A stretch of 64,000 nucleotides of DNA from Squalus acanthias. Lineage: Eukaryota. Under the pieces are notes generated by a model, which was not told the origin of the DNA, made no database searches, and saw only the letters and a program-made list of their open reading frames with translations. A program made the position numbers and the translations under genes. Each line of letters opens with the position of its first letter. Position 1 is the first letter of the stretch. The stretch spans positions 2,480,001 to 2,544,000 of the forward strand of contig JASTWF010000035.1 in NCBI GenBank assembly GCA_030390025.1, written 5' to 3'. Below are positions 36,096 to 48,568 of this stretch, piece after piece.

Positions 36096-36793
36096 GAGAG
36101 GTCGCACAACACCAGGTTATAGTCCAACAGTTTTATTTGAAATCACAAGCTTTCGGAGCTATCGATCGCCCCTTCCTCAGGTGAAGTAAAGAAATACAGA
36201 CTCGACAAAGCATATATAGATAGAGAACAATGCATGTTTACCTTACAATTGCAGACAACTAAATTAAATCATCCTGACTATCTGCCGAGGTGTGATAAAG
36301 TTAATCAGGTCAGCCAGGAAGGTACCACATCAAAGACATAGCAAGATACAACTGAGACAATGAGGTGGAGTCGCAGGGGGTCTAACGTGTCAAAAGCTGC
36401 CGTCTGTATGTAAAACGATAAGCTGTAAAATTTTTACTTTTTTACTGGGAAAATGTTTACTTTTTTACTGGGAATCACATCTGTGAACAAGCCAACGACG
36501 ACTCGAGTCCGGATCACGTCATGTATCGTGACATAAACCCAAGATCCCGGTTGAGACCGTCTTCATGAGTGCGAAACTTGGCTATCAGTTTCTGCTCGAT
36601 GATTTTGCGCTGTCGTGTGTTCCTAAGGTTGCCTTGGAGAACGCTTACCCGCAGATCCGAGGCTGAATGTCCTTGACTTCTGATAGCTCCGAAAGCTTGT
36701 GATTTCAAATAAAACTGTTGGACTATAACCTGGTGTTGTGCGACCTCTCAATTTTGTCCACCCCAGTCCAACACCGGCATCTCCGCATCATGA
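36096..36793 (-). mobile_element. Penelope-like family B, 5'-truncated, with inverted partial pLTR
   Basis: GIY-YIG C-terminus (EQKLIAKFRTHEDGLNRDLGFMSRY). 70-bp inverted arms 36094-36163 and 36682-36751. TSD cctatttttttt (36084-36095, 36794-36805). Confidence 0.88.
36143..36184 (-). ncRNA. Minimal type I hammerhead ribozyme
   Basis: Minus strand reads tcac-CTGAGGA-a-ggggc-gatcgata-gctcc-GAAA-gc-TT-gtga. Confidence 0.8.
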
Positions 36794-37035
36794 CCTATTT
36801 TTTTTCACATGGCAGCTGTTGATGCTTCTACCATTCCCATTTACACTTCATCTAGACTCATCTTTTGTTTCTTAACTTGTCCCATTACCACCCCCTTTCG
36901 CCGTGCACCATCATCCCTTCTGTCTTTTAATCTCTCCTGCCTTCCACCCTATCACAGACCTTCCCTTTTGTTCTTTCCTCTCCTCCCCCCTTTCCCTGCA
37001 CTTGCTTAAAACCTGTTACATCTCTAACTTTTTCC

Positions 37036-37068
37036 AGTTCTGATGAAAGGTCATCAACCTGAAGCGTT
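37036..37068 (+). ncRNA. Hammerhead ribozyme relic, disrupted by a Harbinger insertion
   Basis: agtt-CTGATGA-a-aggt-catca-acct-GAAG-cg-TT; the 3' stem-I strand aact is displaced to 40490. Confidence 0.7.
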
Positions 37069-37312
37069 GGGGGCGATTTTCCCACTGGAGGCGGGATGGA
37101 GGCGGGTTTCGGTTTGGGTGGGTTCCAAACCTGCCTCCACTGATAGGTTTGAAAAAATTGCGACTTTCCCTTGTTTGGCCGGTTGATTTCAGAGGTGTGG
37201 GTTGCCCTTGGTCAATTAGTGTTTTGAACTGAAACTCACCTCTGCTGACATGATCATTCCACTGGATTTCTGTCGATGCTGCACCACCTGCAACATATTT
37301 TGAGAAACCACT

Positions 37313-37495
37313 ATGTCCAATTCTAAGGCAAGGGCCTCCCTGAGGTTCTCGGATGAGGTGCTGCAAATGTTGGTTGAGAGAGTGAGAGCTGGCAGGGAGG
37401 TGCTCTTCCCCTCATCTGGGAGGAAGAGGTCTCCCAAAGAAACCAAGGCTGTGTGGGTCCAGCTGGCAAGGGATATAACCTCCAGATCTGTGTGC
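37313..37495 (+). pseudogene. Truncated Myb/SANT-like gene of the second Harbinger
   Basis: RASLRFSDEVLQMLVERV..GREVLFPSSGRK......VWVQLARDITSRS aligns with the protein starting at 13473. Confidence 0.8.
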
Positions 37496-37837
37496 AGATT
37501 GGGTGAATGTTTATGTGTATTGATGAAATGCCATCCCTGTTGGAAAGCATAAAAATGATTTGATGGCAAAATGTTGGCGTGATGGCATCTGTTCTTTCGT
37601 CTTAGGCAGCTCCACATTGCGGGCTCCGCCACACTTGCGTTGTCAGGTTGGTGGCCAGAGTGAAAGGAGGCCAGAGAGTCATGTCCATTGTCTATGATGT
37701 CTTAAGATGGAGCCAAGGACATGTGCCAACATGGGCAACCTATGCAAATCTGGCCAGGATAAGTTCATCCCTTGCATCACGGGCAGCCATGTGCTCGCGT
37801 GCTGCCGCTGCTGCTGGTCGATAGACCGGCGCTCTGA

Positions 37838-37972
37838 CCTCCTCCTGCTCCTCCTCCTCCTGCTCCTCCTCCTGCTCCTCCTCCTCCTGCTCCTCCTCCT
37901 CCTGCTCCTCCTCCTGCTCCTCCTCCTCCTGCTCCTCCTTCTCCTGCTCCTCCTCCTACTCCTCATCCTCAT
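37838..37972 (-). repeat. (GAG)n/CAG low-complexity repeat encoding the transposase poly-Glu tail
   Basis: Iterated ctcctcctcctg on the + strand. Confidence 0.9.
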
Positions 37973-38078
37973 CTGAGGAGGCCTGGAACTGAGCAATTTG
38001 CTCATCAGGAAGCTGCAAGCCACGACGCTGTGCCATGTTGTGCAGTGCACAGCAGACCACGACCATTCTGGAGACCCT

Positions 38079-38971
38079 GGGGGAAAAATTCAGTCGCGCC
38101 CCATTTGGGGCGCAATTATCGGCCGGGCGCAAAGATTAGCGCCTGGCGCTAATTATCGCCACCGACTGCAAACTTCACTTTTATCGCCCCTGGAGGTGAT
38201 TGCAGCACTAAATCAGGCGCTTCAGACCTGTCTTAAGGCGCAAAGGCCGAGGAGCGAGGCGCTACCTCAGAGCGCTGGCGAAGCTCATGTAATGTCAGTC
38301 AGCAATGGAACACACACACAATGGCACGGGCCAGTTCTTAAAGGGGATGGTTAATCTTGCTTTCCATCCACATCCTGCTCATTGCAGCCTTGAATCTCGG
38401 CCTGGAGAGACCTGCACATCAAATGTGCTGGAAAGAACAATGGAGAGTACCAGGCCAAGAGCTCAGAGTGCAGCCCGCACAGTCTCTGCTAAATCGATAC
38501 AAGGAATGGCAAATCAAAATGAACCTGCAAAGTGCTGCTCAGTACCCAAAACTCCTTCACACAACGTTGAATCTCTCCAGAAGTCTCTACCTCTCTCTCT
38601 CAGAATGCGTAGTTCAAAAATGGCACCAACAATAAAAGGCAGGAAGCGGTCACCTTTAAATAGCGCTCCCCCTTTCCCTTCATGACTGCAGAATGCTCCC
38701 CTCAACCTGTCGTTGCTAGCGTCAGGCGGTAAGGCAGGGGGCGCCACTCAATATCCGCTCCGGGGCGATACCGGGGCGTTGCGTACTCGAGTGACGTCAT
38801 GATCTGCCGGCGCAGGAGATCGTGGCGGTAGTGTTTAGCGCCGCCGCAAAATGTCTAGTTAATTTCGCGAGCGGCGCAAACTTTGCCGCGCCCGGGCGCT
38901 AGATGCTTTGCGCCCCATTAGCGCCCTCTTAAGGCGCTAACGGGAGGCGCAACCAACTGAATTTTTCCCCC
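38079..38971 (+). mobile_element. Non-autonomous Harbinger derivative (893 bp) of the 13114-17279 family
   Basis: TIRs gggggaaaaatt / aatttttccccc, TSD cct; both ends homologous to the autonomous element. Confidence 0.93.
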
Positions 38972-40964
38972 CCTGTATGGTGTATACTGCAGGGCTCCAC
39001 CTGATCGGTCAAGGCATTGGAAATGCACCTTCAACAACCCAATGGTGGGCTCGATGATGGACCTGGTCGAAGTGTGGCTGGCGTTGTAGCACTCTTCAGC
39101 CTCGTTAGCTGGCCTCCTGATCGGCGTCATTAGCCACTTCTTCAGGGGGTAGCCTTTGTCACCAAGGAGCAATCCGTTAAGTTAGTTTGGCGGATTGAAA
39201 AGCGGAGGAACACTAGAGTGCTGCAGGATGAAAGAGTCATGGCAACTACCACAGAACTTGGCGCAAACATGCAAAAACTCCTTCTTGTGATTACACACCA
39301 GCCGTACGTTGAGGGAGTGGAAGCCCTTTTGGTTGACAAAGATAGCTGGGTTGTGATGGGGTGCCCTAAGGGCCACATGTGTGCAGTCTATGAAGCCCTG
39401 CACCATTGGCAAGCCTGCCATATTTGCAAAGCCAACCGAATGCGCGGTTATACTTGCTTGATCCCTTGAGAAGTGGATGAAATTGTGGGCCTTTGCGAAA
39501 AGGGCATCGGTAACCTGCGTGATGCAACTGTGGGCGGCTGACTGGGAGATGCCGCTGATGTCTGCTGATGATCCCTGGAAGGAGCCTGAGGCAAAGAAGT
39601 TGTGTGCAGTGGTGACTTTGACAGCCACTGGTAAGGGGTGTCCACCCGTTCCTTTGGGCACCAGGTCTTGCTGCAGCAGTCCGCAGATCTCTCAGACAAC
39701 CTTTTGCGAAAGTCTCAGCCTCCTTTGGCACTGCTGCTCACTCATGTTGAGGTAGCTCATCCTCTGTCTGTAAACCCTCTGTCGGGGGTATCTCCTGCGG
39801 CGATGTGCCTCGGTGCGCTGGTGCCTTCTGCCCTGTGCAGCATCAGGTGGGTGAGCAGGAGGTTGGGGCTCCTGCTGCTGTTGCTGCTGAGCTGCCTGGT
39901 TCTGCTGCTGCCGTGGATGCTCCTCATCCGAATCTGACGTCCATGGTGAAAGGAAATTAATGGTTCCCATGCTGCTTGCAGATGCCTCCGCTGGAGAAGC
40001 GCTCATTCCAAGCGGGGAGAAGGTCTTCCAAGGAGGTTCCACAGTTGATAGATACAAGCTGCAGCACCTCTGACTTCGGAAGGCCTGCTAAAAGTGCTGA
40101 AAGACCTTTTAAAGCAAACTTCTGCCACTTGCAACTAATGCCTGATGAAATCTCTGATTTAATGGTGGAGCTGCAGCTGTGAGGAGGCCACCCACTTGTC
40201 AACCCGCCAGGATTAGCTGGCGTGGTTTAGGAGGGTCGTGGAACACGCTGAAAATGTGGCAAAATAACGAGGGCCTCTCAAAATAGGATTAGAGAGGCCC
40301 TTAACGACCATTTAAGGCTCTTAACAACCTCGCTGGCCTGCTGGAGGCGGGACCGTTTCCCACCTTGTAAAACCTTCACCGGCAAAATTGTGCGGAGGCA
40401 GGTTCTGAACCCGCACTCATTTTTTGCGATTTTCCCGCCTTTCCCACCTCCAAACCCACCTCCTCGGGGCTGAGAAAATCGCCCCCGCTAACTGTTTCTC
40501 TCTCCACAGATGCTGCCTGACCTGCTGAGTGTTTCCAGCATTTTCTGTTTTTATTTTAACCATTTTATTCCCCATGTTCTTGCAATTTTTTCTCATTCAA
40601 GTATTAATCTAGTTCCCTTTTGAAAGCTACGATTGAATCTGTTTCCAACACCTTATCAGGTAGTGCATTCCAAATCCTAATCACTCGTTCGTGACCCCAG
40701 CACAACACAACGCAGCATCACAATTCCTGCAGGTACGTTCTCTCATATCTTCCTCAATCGCTATGTCTCTTTCATTCTTTCCTGCTCTCTCCCTCCTCTC
40801 TCTTTCTATTTCTATCTCATCAGGAATGGTAGCATCGTGGTTATGTTATTTGACTAGTAATCCAGAAACCTGGACTAATGATCTGGAGACATGAATTCAA
40901 ATGCAACCATGGTACTGGATTCGGACACTGCAACATCCTCCTCAATAACATAGAGAGAGAGAGA

Positions 40965-42645
40965 ATCATAGAGAAAGGTACGAGCACAGAGAAGGCCAAT
41001 TCGGCCCATCGTGTCCGCGCCGGCCAACAAAGAGCTATCCAGCCTAATCCCACTTCCCAGCTCTTGGTCTGTAGCCCTGCAGGTTAGAGCATCCCAATTG
41101 CACATCCAAGTACTTTTTAAATGTGGTTAGGGTTCCTGCCTCTACCACCCTTTCAGGCAGTGAGTTCCAGACCCCCACAACACTCTGGGTGAAGAAATTT
41201 CCCCTCAAATCCCCTCTAAACCTTCCACCAATTACTTTAAATCTGTGCCCCTGGTTTTTGACCCCTCTGCTAAGGGAAATAGGTCCTTTCTATCCACTTT
41301 ATCTAGGCCCCTCATAATTTTATACACCTCAATAAGGTCTCCCCTCAGCCTCCTCTGTTCCAAGGAAAACAGACCCAGCCTATCCAGTCTTTCCTCATAG
41401 CTAAGATTCTCTACTCCTGGCAACATCCTTGTAAATCTCCTCTGTACCCTCTCTAGAGCAATCACATCTTTCCTGTAATGTGGTGACCAGAACTGCACGC
41501 AGTACTCCAGCTGAGGCCTAACTCGTGTTTTATACAGTTGAAGCATAACCCCCCTGCTCTTGTATTCTATGCCACGGCTAATAAAGGCAAGCATTCCGTA
41601 TGCCTTCTTAAACACCTTATCTGCCTGGCCTGCTACCTTCAGGGATCTGTGGACATGCACTCCAATGTCCCTTTGTTCCTCTACGCTACTCAGTGTCCTA
41701 CCATTTAATGTGTATTCTCTTTCCTTGTTAGCCCTTCCCAAATGCATTACCTCACACTTCTCCGGATTGAATTCCATTTGCCACTGTTCTGCCCACCTGA
41801 CCAATTTATTGATATCTTCCTGCAGTCTGCAGCTTCCTTCTTCAGTATCAACCACACAGCCGATTTTAGTATCATCTGCAAACTTCTTAATCATACCCAC
41901 TATATTCAAGTCTAGATCATTGATATATACCACAAAAAGCAAGGGACCTAGTACTGAGCCCTGCGGAACCCCACTGGAAACAGCCTTCCAGTCACAAAAA
42001 CACCCATCAACCATTACCCTCTGCTTCCTGTCGCCGAGCCAGTTTTGAATCCAACTTGACACGTTGCCTTGGATCCCATGGGCTTTTAACTTTGTGACCA
42101 GTCTGCCGTGTGGAACCTTATCAAAAGCCTTGCTATAGTCCATATACACTACATCAAACGCACTACCCTCATCTACCCTCCTTGTTACCGCCTCAAAAAA
42201 TTCAATCAAGTTTGTCAGACACGACCTTCCCTTTAACAAATCCGTGCTGACTATCCTTGATTAATCCGTGTCTTTCTAAATGAAGATTTCTCCTGTCCTT
42301 CAGAATTCTTTCCAATAATTTTCCCACCACCGAAGTTAGGCTGACTGGCCTGTAATTACTCCTATTCTCCCTTTATAAACAAGGGTACCACATTAGCAGT
42401 CTTGCAGTACCACACCTGAAGCCAGAGAGGATTGAAAAATGATGGTCAGGGTCTCTGCTATTTCCACTTCTGCTTCACTTAACAGCATGGGATACATTTC
42501 ATCTGGGCCTGAGGATTTATCCACTTTTGAAGCTGCTAAACCCCTTAATGCTTCCTATCTCACTATGTTTATGTCATCTAATATTTCACACTCCTCCCCC
42601 CCGATAGCAATGTCTGCTTCGCCGCTCTCCTTTGTGAAAACAGAC
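40965..42645 (-). mobile_element. CR1 3' half
   Basis: ORF 41232-42239 with RT motifs. Confidence 0.92.
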
Positions 42646-43488
42646 GTCTGGGGACTTGTGTCAAAATTGGGAGAGCTGTCCCACAGACTAGTCAAGTAAC
42701 AGCGTGATATAGTCAGACTCACAGAATCAGACCTTTCCGCCAACATCCCAGATGCCTATCGGTCTGGCAGAGGTTGCGGCACATTCAGGAATGAGTGGCC
42801 CTGGGAGTCCTCAACATTGACTCTGGACCCCACAAAGACTCATGGCATCAGGTCAAACATGGGCAAGGAAACCTCCTCCTGATCACCACCTACCACTCTC
42901 CCTCAGCTGATGAATCAGTACTCCTCCATGTTGAACAGAAATGAGGGTAACAAGGGCACAGAATGCACTCTGGGTGGGGGACGTCAATGTCCATCACTGA
43001 ATGGCTCACTACCACCACTACTGACCGAGCCCTGAAGGACATCACTGCCAGACTGGGCCTGCGGCAGATGGTGAGAGAACCAACTCTGGGGGAAAAACCT
43101 ACTTCACCTCATCCTCACCAATCTACCTGTTGCAGATGCATCTGTCAATTACAGTATTGGCAAGAGTGACTACCGCACAGTCCTTGTGGAGACGAAATCC
43201 TGTCTTCACACTGAGGACACCCTCCATCGTGTTGTGTGGCACTACCACCGTGCTAAATGGGATAGATTTAGAACTGGTCTAGTAGCTCAAAACTGGGCAT
43301 CCATGAGGCGCTGTGGGCCATCAGCAGCAGCAGAATTGTATTCCACCACAATCTGTAACCTCATGGCGCGGCATATCCCTCACTCTGCCACTACCATCAA
43401 GCTAGGAGACCAACTCTGGTTCAATAAGGAGTGTAGAAGAGCATGCCAGGAGCAGCACCAGGCGTACCTAAAAATGAGGTGCCAACCC

Positions 43489-44671
43489 TTCGATAAGGTC
43501 CCACATAAAAGATTAGCAGGGAAAATTGAAGCTCATGGGATAAAGGGGAAAGTATTGACGTGGATAGAGAACTGGCTGTCAGATAGAAAACAGAGAGTTG
43601 GAATAAACGGCTCATTTTCTGAATGGCAGGCAGTAACAAGTGGGGTACCACAGGGATCTGTCCTGGGTCCCCAGCTGTTCACAATTTACATTAATGACCT
43701 GGATCAGGGAGTCGGATGCAGCATTTCCAAATTTGCAGACGACACTAAACTAGGAGCGGGGGTGGGCTCAGAGGAGGAGACCAGGAAGCTCCAGAGCGAT
43801 TTGGACAGACTGGGTGATTGGGCGGATAAATGGCAGATGCACTATAATGTGGACAAGTGCGAAGTTATCCACCTTGGGTGCAGGAACGGGAGGGCAAATT
43901 ATTATTTAAATGGCAATAAATTGGGAGAGGGGGAAGTACAGAGAGACCTGGGTGTTCTTGTACACCAGTCACTGAAGGCGAGCATGCAGGTGCAACAGGC
44001 GATCAAGAAGGCAAACGGTATGCTGGCCTTCATAGCAAAAGGGTTGGAATACAGGAACAGGGATACCTTGCTGCAGCTGTACAGGGCACTGGTGAGACCA
44101 CACCTCGAGTACTGTGTACAGTTTTGGTCGCCTCATCTGAGGAAAGATGTTCTTGCCATGGAGGGGGTGCAGCGGCGATTCACCAGGCTGATACCAGGAA
44201 TGGCGGGATTGACCTATGAGGAGAGACTATGTAGTTTAGGGATGTACACACTGGAGTTTAGAAGATTGAGAGGGGACCTCATAGAAGTGTATAAAATTCT
44301 GACAGGTCTAGACAGACTAGATGCAGAAGGAATGTTTCCCTTGGCGGGTGAGAACAGAACTAGAGGACATAATTTAAGGATAAGGGCTAAACCATTTAGG
44401 ACAGAAATGAGGGGGAATTTCTTCACTCAGAGGGTGGTGAACCTGTGGAACTCATTGCCACAGAGGGCAGTGTACGCCAGCTCATTAAATATATTTAAGA
44501 GGGAATTAGATGTATTTCTACAGGCAAAAGGGCTTAAGGGTTACGGAGAGAAGGCGGGGACGGGATACTGAATTGGAGGATCAGCCATGATCTCATTAAA
44601 TGGCGGAGCAGGCTCGAAGGGCCGGATGGCCTACTCCTGCTCCTATCTTCTATGTATCTATGTATCTATGT
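43489..44671 (+). mobile_element. CR1 3' half with open RT frame
   Basis: TSD aaccc (43484-43488, 44672-44676), (tatgtatc)n tail. Confidence 0.93.
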
Positions 44672-45346
44672 AACCCGGTGAAGCTACAACACAGGACTAC
44701 ATGCATGCTATACAGCAGAAGCAGCATGCTATAGACAGAGCTAAGCGATCCCACAACCATCGGATCAGATCAAAGCTATGCAACCGAGGATTCCCCTCTA
44801 CCGTGGTCAACACGGCCCTCGACCGTGTCCGTTCCATCTCCCGCACTTCTGCCCTCACCCCGGCCCCTCCCTCCCGGAACCACGATAGAGTTCCCCTTGT
44901 CCTCACCTTCACCCCACCAGCCTCCACATTCAACGGATCATCCTCCACCATTTCCGCCACCTCCAGCGTGATCCCACCACCAAACGTATCTTCCCCTCAC
45001 CTCCCCTTTCAGCATTCCGTAGGGACCGCTCCCTCCGAGACACCCTAGTCCACTCCTCTATCACCCCCAGCACCCCTTCCCCTTCACCCGGCACCTTCCC
45101 GTGCAAGCGCAGGAGATGCAACACCTGCCCTTATACATCCCCCCTTCCCACTCTCCAGGGCCCCAAACACCCCTTCCAGGTGAAACAGCGATTTAATTGT
45201 ACTTCTTGCAATCTAGTATACTGTATTCGCTGCTCACGATGTGGTCTCCTCTACATTGGGGAGACCAAACGTAGATTGGGTGACCGCTTTGCGGAACACC
45301 TCCGTTCAGTCCGGAAGGGTGACCCCCGAGCTTCCGGTCGCATGTC

Positions 45347-47880
45347 ATAAGAACATAAGAAATAGGAGCAGGAGTAGGCCAATCGGCCCCTCGAGCCTGC
45401 TCCGCCATTCAATAAGATCATGGCTGATCTGATCCTAACCGCCAATCTACTATCTATCACAGAACCATCTCCTGCATCTAACAGAATTGCACACACGAAA
45501 TAGGAGCAGAATCAGGCTACACAGTCCCTGGGCCCGCTCCACTACCCACAGGGCCATGACCGATCCGAACCTAGACTCATGTCCAAATTCCTGCCCGCTC
45601 CCCGTAACCCTTAATGCCCTTTACTTCTAGGAAACTGTCTATTTCTGTTTTAAATTTAATTAATGTTGTAGCTTCTACAGCTTTTTGTGGCAGCATATTC
45701 CATGGACCTACCACCCTCTGAGTGAAGTAGTTCCTCCTCATCTCAGTTTTGAAAGAGCAGCCCCTTATTCTAAGACTATGTCCCCTAGTTCTCGTCTCAC
45801 CCGTCATCGGGAACATCCTCCCCGCATCCACCCGATCCAACCCCTTCACAATCTTATATGTTTCAATAAGATCGCCTCTCATTCTTCTGAACTCCAATGA
45901 GTAGAGTCCCAATCTACCCAACCTCTCCTCATATGACCACCCCCTCATCCCCGGGATTAACCGAGTGAACCTTTTTTGCACTGCCTCGAGAGCAAGGATG
46001 TCTTTCCTTAAGTAAGGACACCAAAACTGTATGCAGTATTCCAGGTGCGGTCTCACCAATACCTTGTACAACTGAAGCAATACCTCCCTATTTTTATATT
46101 CTATCCCCCTAGCAATGAAAGCCAACATTCCATTTGCCTTCTTAATCACTTGCTGCACCTGCATACTAACCTTTTGAGTTTCGTGCACCAGGACCCCCAG
46201 ATCCCTTTGCACTTCAGTACTCTCCAGTTTCTTGCCATTAAGATAATAAATTGCTCTAGGATTTTTCCTGCCAAAGTGCATCACCTCACACTTTCCAGTG
46301 TTGTATTCCATCTGCCAAATCTCTGCCCACTTACTTAGCCTGTCTATGTCCCCTTGCAGGTTTTTTATGTCCTCCTCACTCACTACTTTCCCTCCCATCT
46401 TTGTATCATCTGCAAATTTTGATATGTTACACTTGGTCCCTTCCTCCAAATCGTTAATATAGATTGTGAAGAGTTGGGGACCCAGCACTGACCCCTGTGG
46501 AACACCACTAGTTACTGATTGCCAGTCTGAGAATGAACCATTTATCCCAACTCTTTGCTTTCTGTTAGATAGCCAATCCTCTATCCATGCCAGAATATTA
46601 CCCCCAATCCCGTGATTTTTTACCTTAAGCAATAATCTTTTGTGTGGCACCTTGTCAAATGCCTTTTGGAAGTCTAAATACACTACGTCCACTGGTTCCC
46701 CTTTATCCACTCTATATGTTACTTCCTCAAAGAACTCCAGCAAATTTGTCAAACATGACTTCCCCTTCGTAAAACCATGCTGACTTTGTCCTATTAAATT
46801 ATGATTATCCAAATGTCCTGTTACTGTTTCCTTAATAATGGACTCCAAAATTTTACCTACCACAGATGTTAGGCTAACCGGTCTATAGTTACCAGCCTTC
46901 TGTCTACTGCCCTTTTTAAATAAGGGTGTTACATTAGCAGTTTTCCAGTCTGCCGGGACCTTAGCGGAATCCAGGGAGTTTTGAAAAATTATTACCAATG
47001 CATCTACAATCCCTACCGCCACTTCCTTCAAGACTCTAGGATGTAAGCCATCAGGTCCAGGTGATTTATCCGCCTTGAGTCCCATTATTTTACCGAGTAC
47101 CACTTCCTTAGTGATTTTGATCGTGTTTAGCTCCTCTCCCCCTATAGCCCCCTGTTTGTCCAGTGTTGGGATATTCTTAGTGTCCTCTACTGTAAAGACT
47201 GATACAAAATATTCATTCAGTGTTTTTGCCATCTCCATATTTCCCACCATTAATTTCCCGGTCTCATCCTCTAAGGGACCAACATTTACTTTAGCCACCC
47301 TTTTTCTTTTTATATAACTATAAAAACTCTTACTACCTGTTTTTATATTTTTTGCTAATTTACTTTCATAATCCATCTTCCCTTTCTTAATCAATCTTTT
47401 TGTTATTTTTTGCTGCCTTTTAAAGTTTTCCCAATCCTCTGTCCTCCCACTAGATTTCGCTACCTTATATGCCCTTGTTTTTAGTCGAATACTATCCTTA
47501 ATTTCTTTACTTAGCCACGGATGACTGTCCTTTCTTTTACACCCTTTTCTTTTCAGTGGAATATATTTTTTTTGGAAGTTGTAAAATAACTCCTTGAATG
47601 TGCACCACTGATCATGTGTCGTCTTACCCTTTAATCTATTTTCCCAATCCACTCTACTCAATTCCGCTCGCATACCTTCATGGTCTCCTTTATTCAAGCT
47701 TAGCACGCTTGTTTGAGATCCAACCTTCTCACCCTCTAATTGAATATGGAATTCAACCATGTTATGGTCACTCATTCCAAGGGGATCCTTTACTAGGACA
47801 TTTTTAATTAATCCTGTCTCGTTACACAGGACCAGATCTAAGGTTGCTTGCCCCCTGGTCGGTTCAGTTACATACTGCTC
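45347..47880 (-). mobile_element. Young 5'-truncated CR1 with an uninterrupted 732-aa ORF2 segment and an extended 3'UTR
   Basis: ORF 45577-47775; inserted within the Penelope codons CH|FNSP. Confidence 0.95.
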
Positions 47881-48316
47881 AATTTTAATTCACCCCTCCA
47901 CGCTCACTCAGACCTCACCATCCTCGGCCTCTTGCATTGTTCCACGGAAGCGCAGCGTAAGCTCCAGGAACAGCACCTCATCTTCCGTTTAGGCACTTTA
48001 CAGCCTTCCGGACTCAATATCGAGTTCAACAATTTCAGATCATAACCCCGGCCCCTACCACATATGTATACATTTTATCCACACTTTTGGTCCGTGCCTT
48101 TTTCCTTTTTTTCTCTCTCTCCCCCCACGGCAGCTGTCTCTGATTCTGCCAGCATTTCACACCTTACCTTTTGTTTCTCAACCTGTCCCATTACCATCTC
48201 GTCTTGCCTTGAGCATCTCTCAATGTCTCTACTCACTAAAGACCATCCCTTTTGTTCTTTTATTCCTCCCCCCAGCCTCCCCCTTGCATTTTTATCTGTT
48301 TATTTCTTGCTCTTTC

Positions 48317-48352
48317 AGTTCCGACGAAGGGTTTCGACCTGAAACGTTAACT
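48317..48352 (+). ncRNA. Minimal type I hammerhead ribozyme, CCGACGA core variant
   Basis: agtt-CCGACGA-a-gggt-ttcg-acct-GAAA-cg-TT-aact. Confidence 0.7.
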
Positions 48353-48568
48353 CTCTTTCTCTCTCCACGGATGTTGCCTGGCCTGCTGAGTTTTTCCAGC
48401 GTTTTCTGTTATTATTTCGGATTTCTAGCATCCGCAGTATTTTGCTATCGTCAAAGCTCTGCAATCCTGCCACATCCAGTCGTGAACGGTGACGGACAAT
48501 TAAACAACAGGAGGAGGAGGCTCCGTGAACATTCCCATCCTCAATGATGGCGGAGAAGAGCACGTGAG

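Larger units (their letters stand above)
37740..39970 (-). pseudogene. Harbinger transposase pseudogene (frameshifts and a MITE insertion)
   Basis: [45 protein letters not shown] across the insert; ends ARDELILARFA*. Confidence 0.9.
37069..40486. mobile_element. Second PIF/Harbinger transposon, decayed
   Basis: TIRs gggggcgattttc / gaaaatcgccccc, TSD gtt/gct, Myb remnant plus transposase pseudogene. Confidence 0.9.
36016..40555 (+). mobile_element. Penelope-like family A 3' end (36016-36095, 36806-37068, 40487-40555), host of nested insertions
   Basis: RLGTLQPSGLNIELNNFRP* matches 47988-48045. The pyrimidine-rich tail and hammerhead rejoin across the inserts. Confidence 0.8.
44784..48450 (+). 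mobile_element. Penelope-like family A (GIY-YIG endonuclease region 44784-45346 plus 47881-48045; tail to 48450)
   Basis: RGFP, RVPLVLT, CKRRRCNTC, LVYCIRCSRCGLLYIGET..R...RFAEH, and EQHLIFRLGTLQPSGLN. 14-bp TSD with one mismatch. Confidence 0.92.

Noticed and set aside
36678..36703. Second hammerhead on + (ctgatagctccgaaagctt)
   Set aside because: Junction artefact: lacks a full CUGANGA and the 5' strands of stems I and II.
37679..38050. Arg/Ser-rich and poly-Leu ORFs
   Set aside because: Alternative frames of the (GAG)n repeat.
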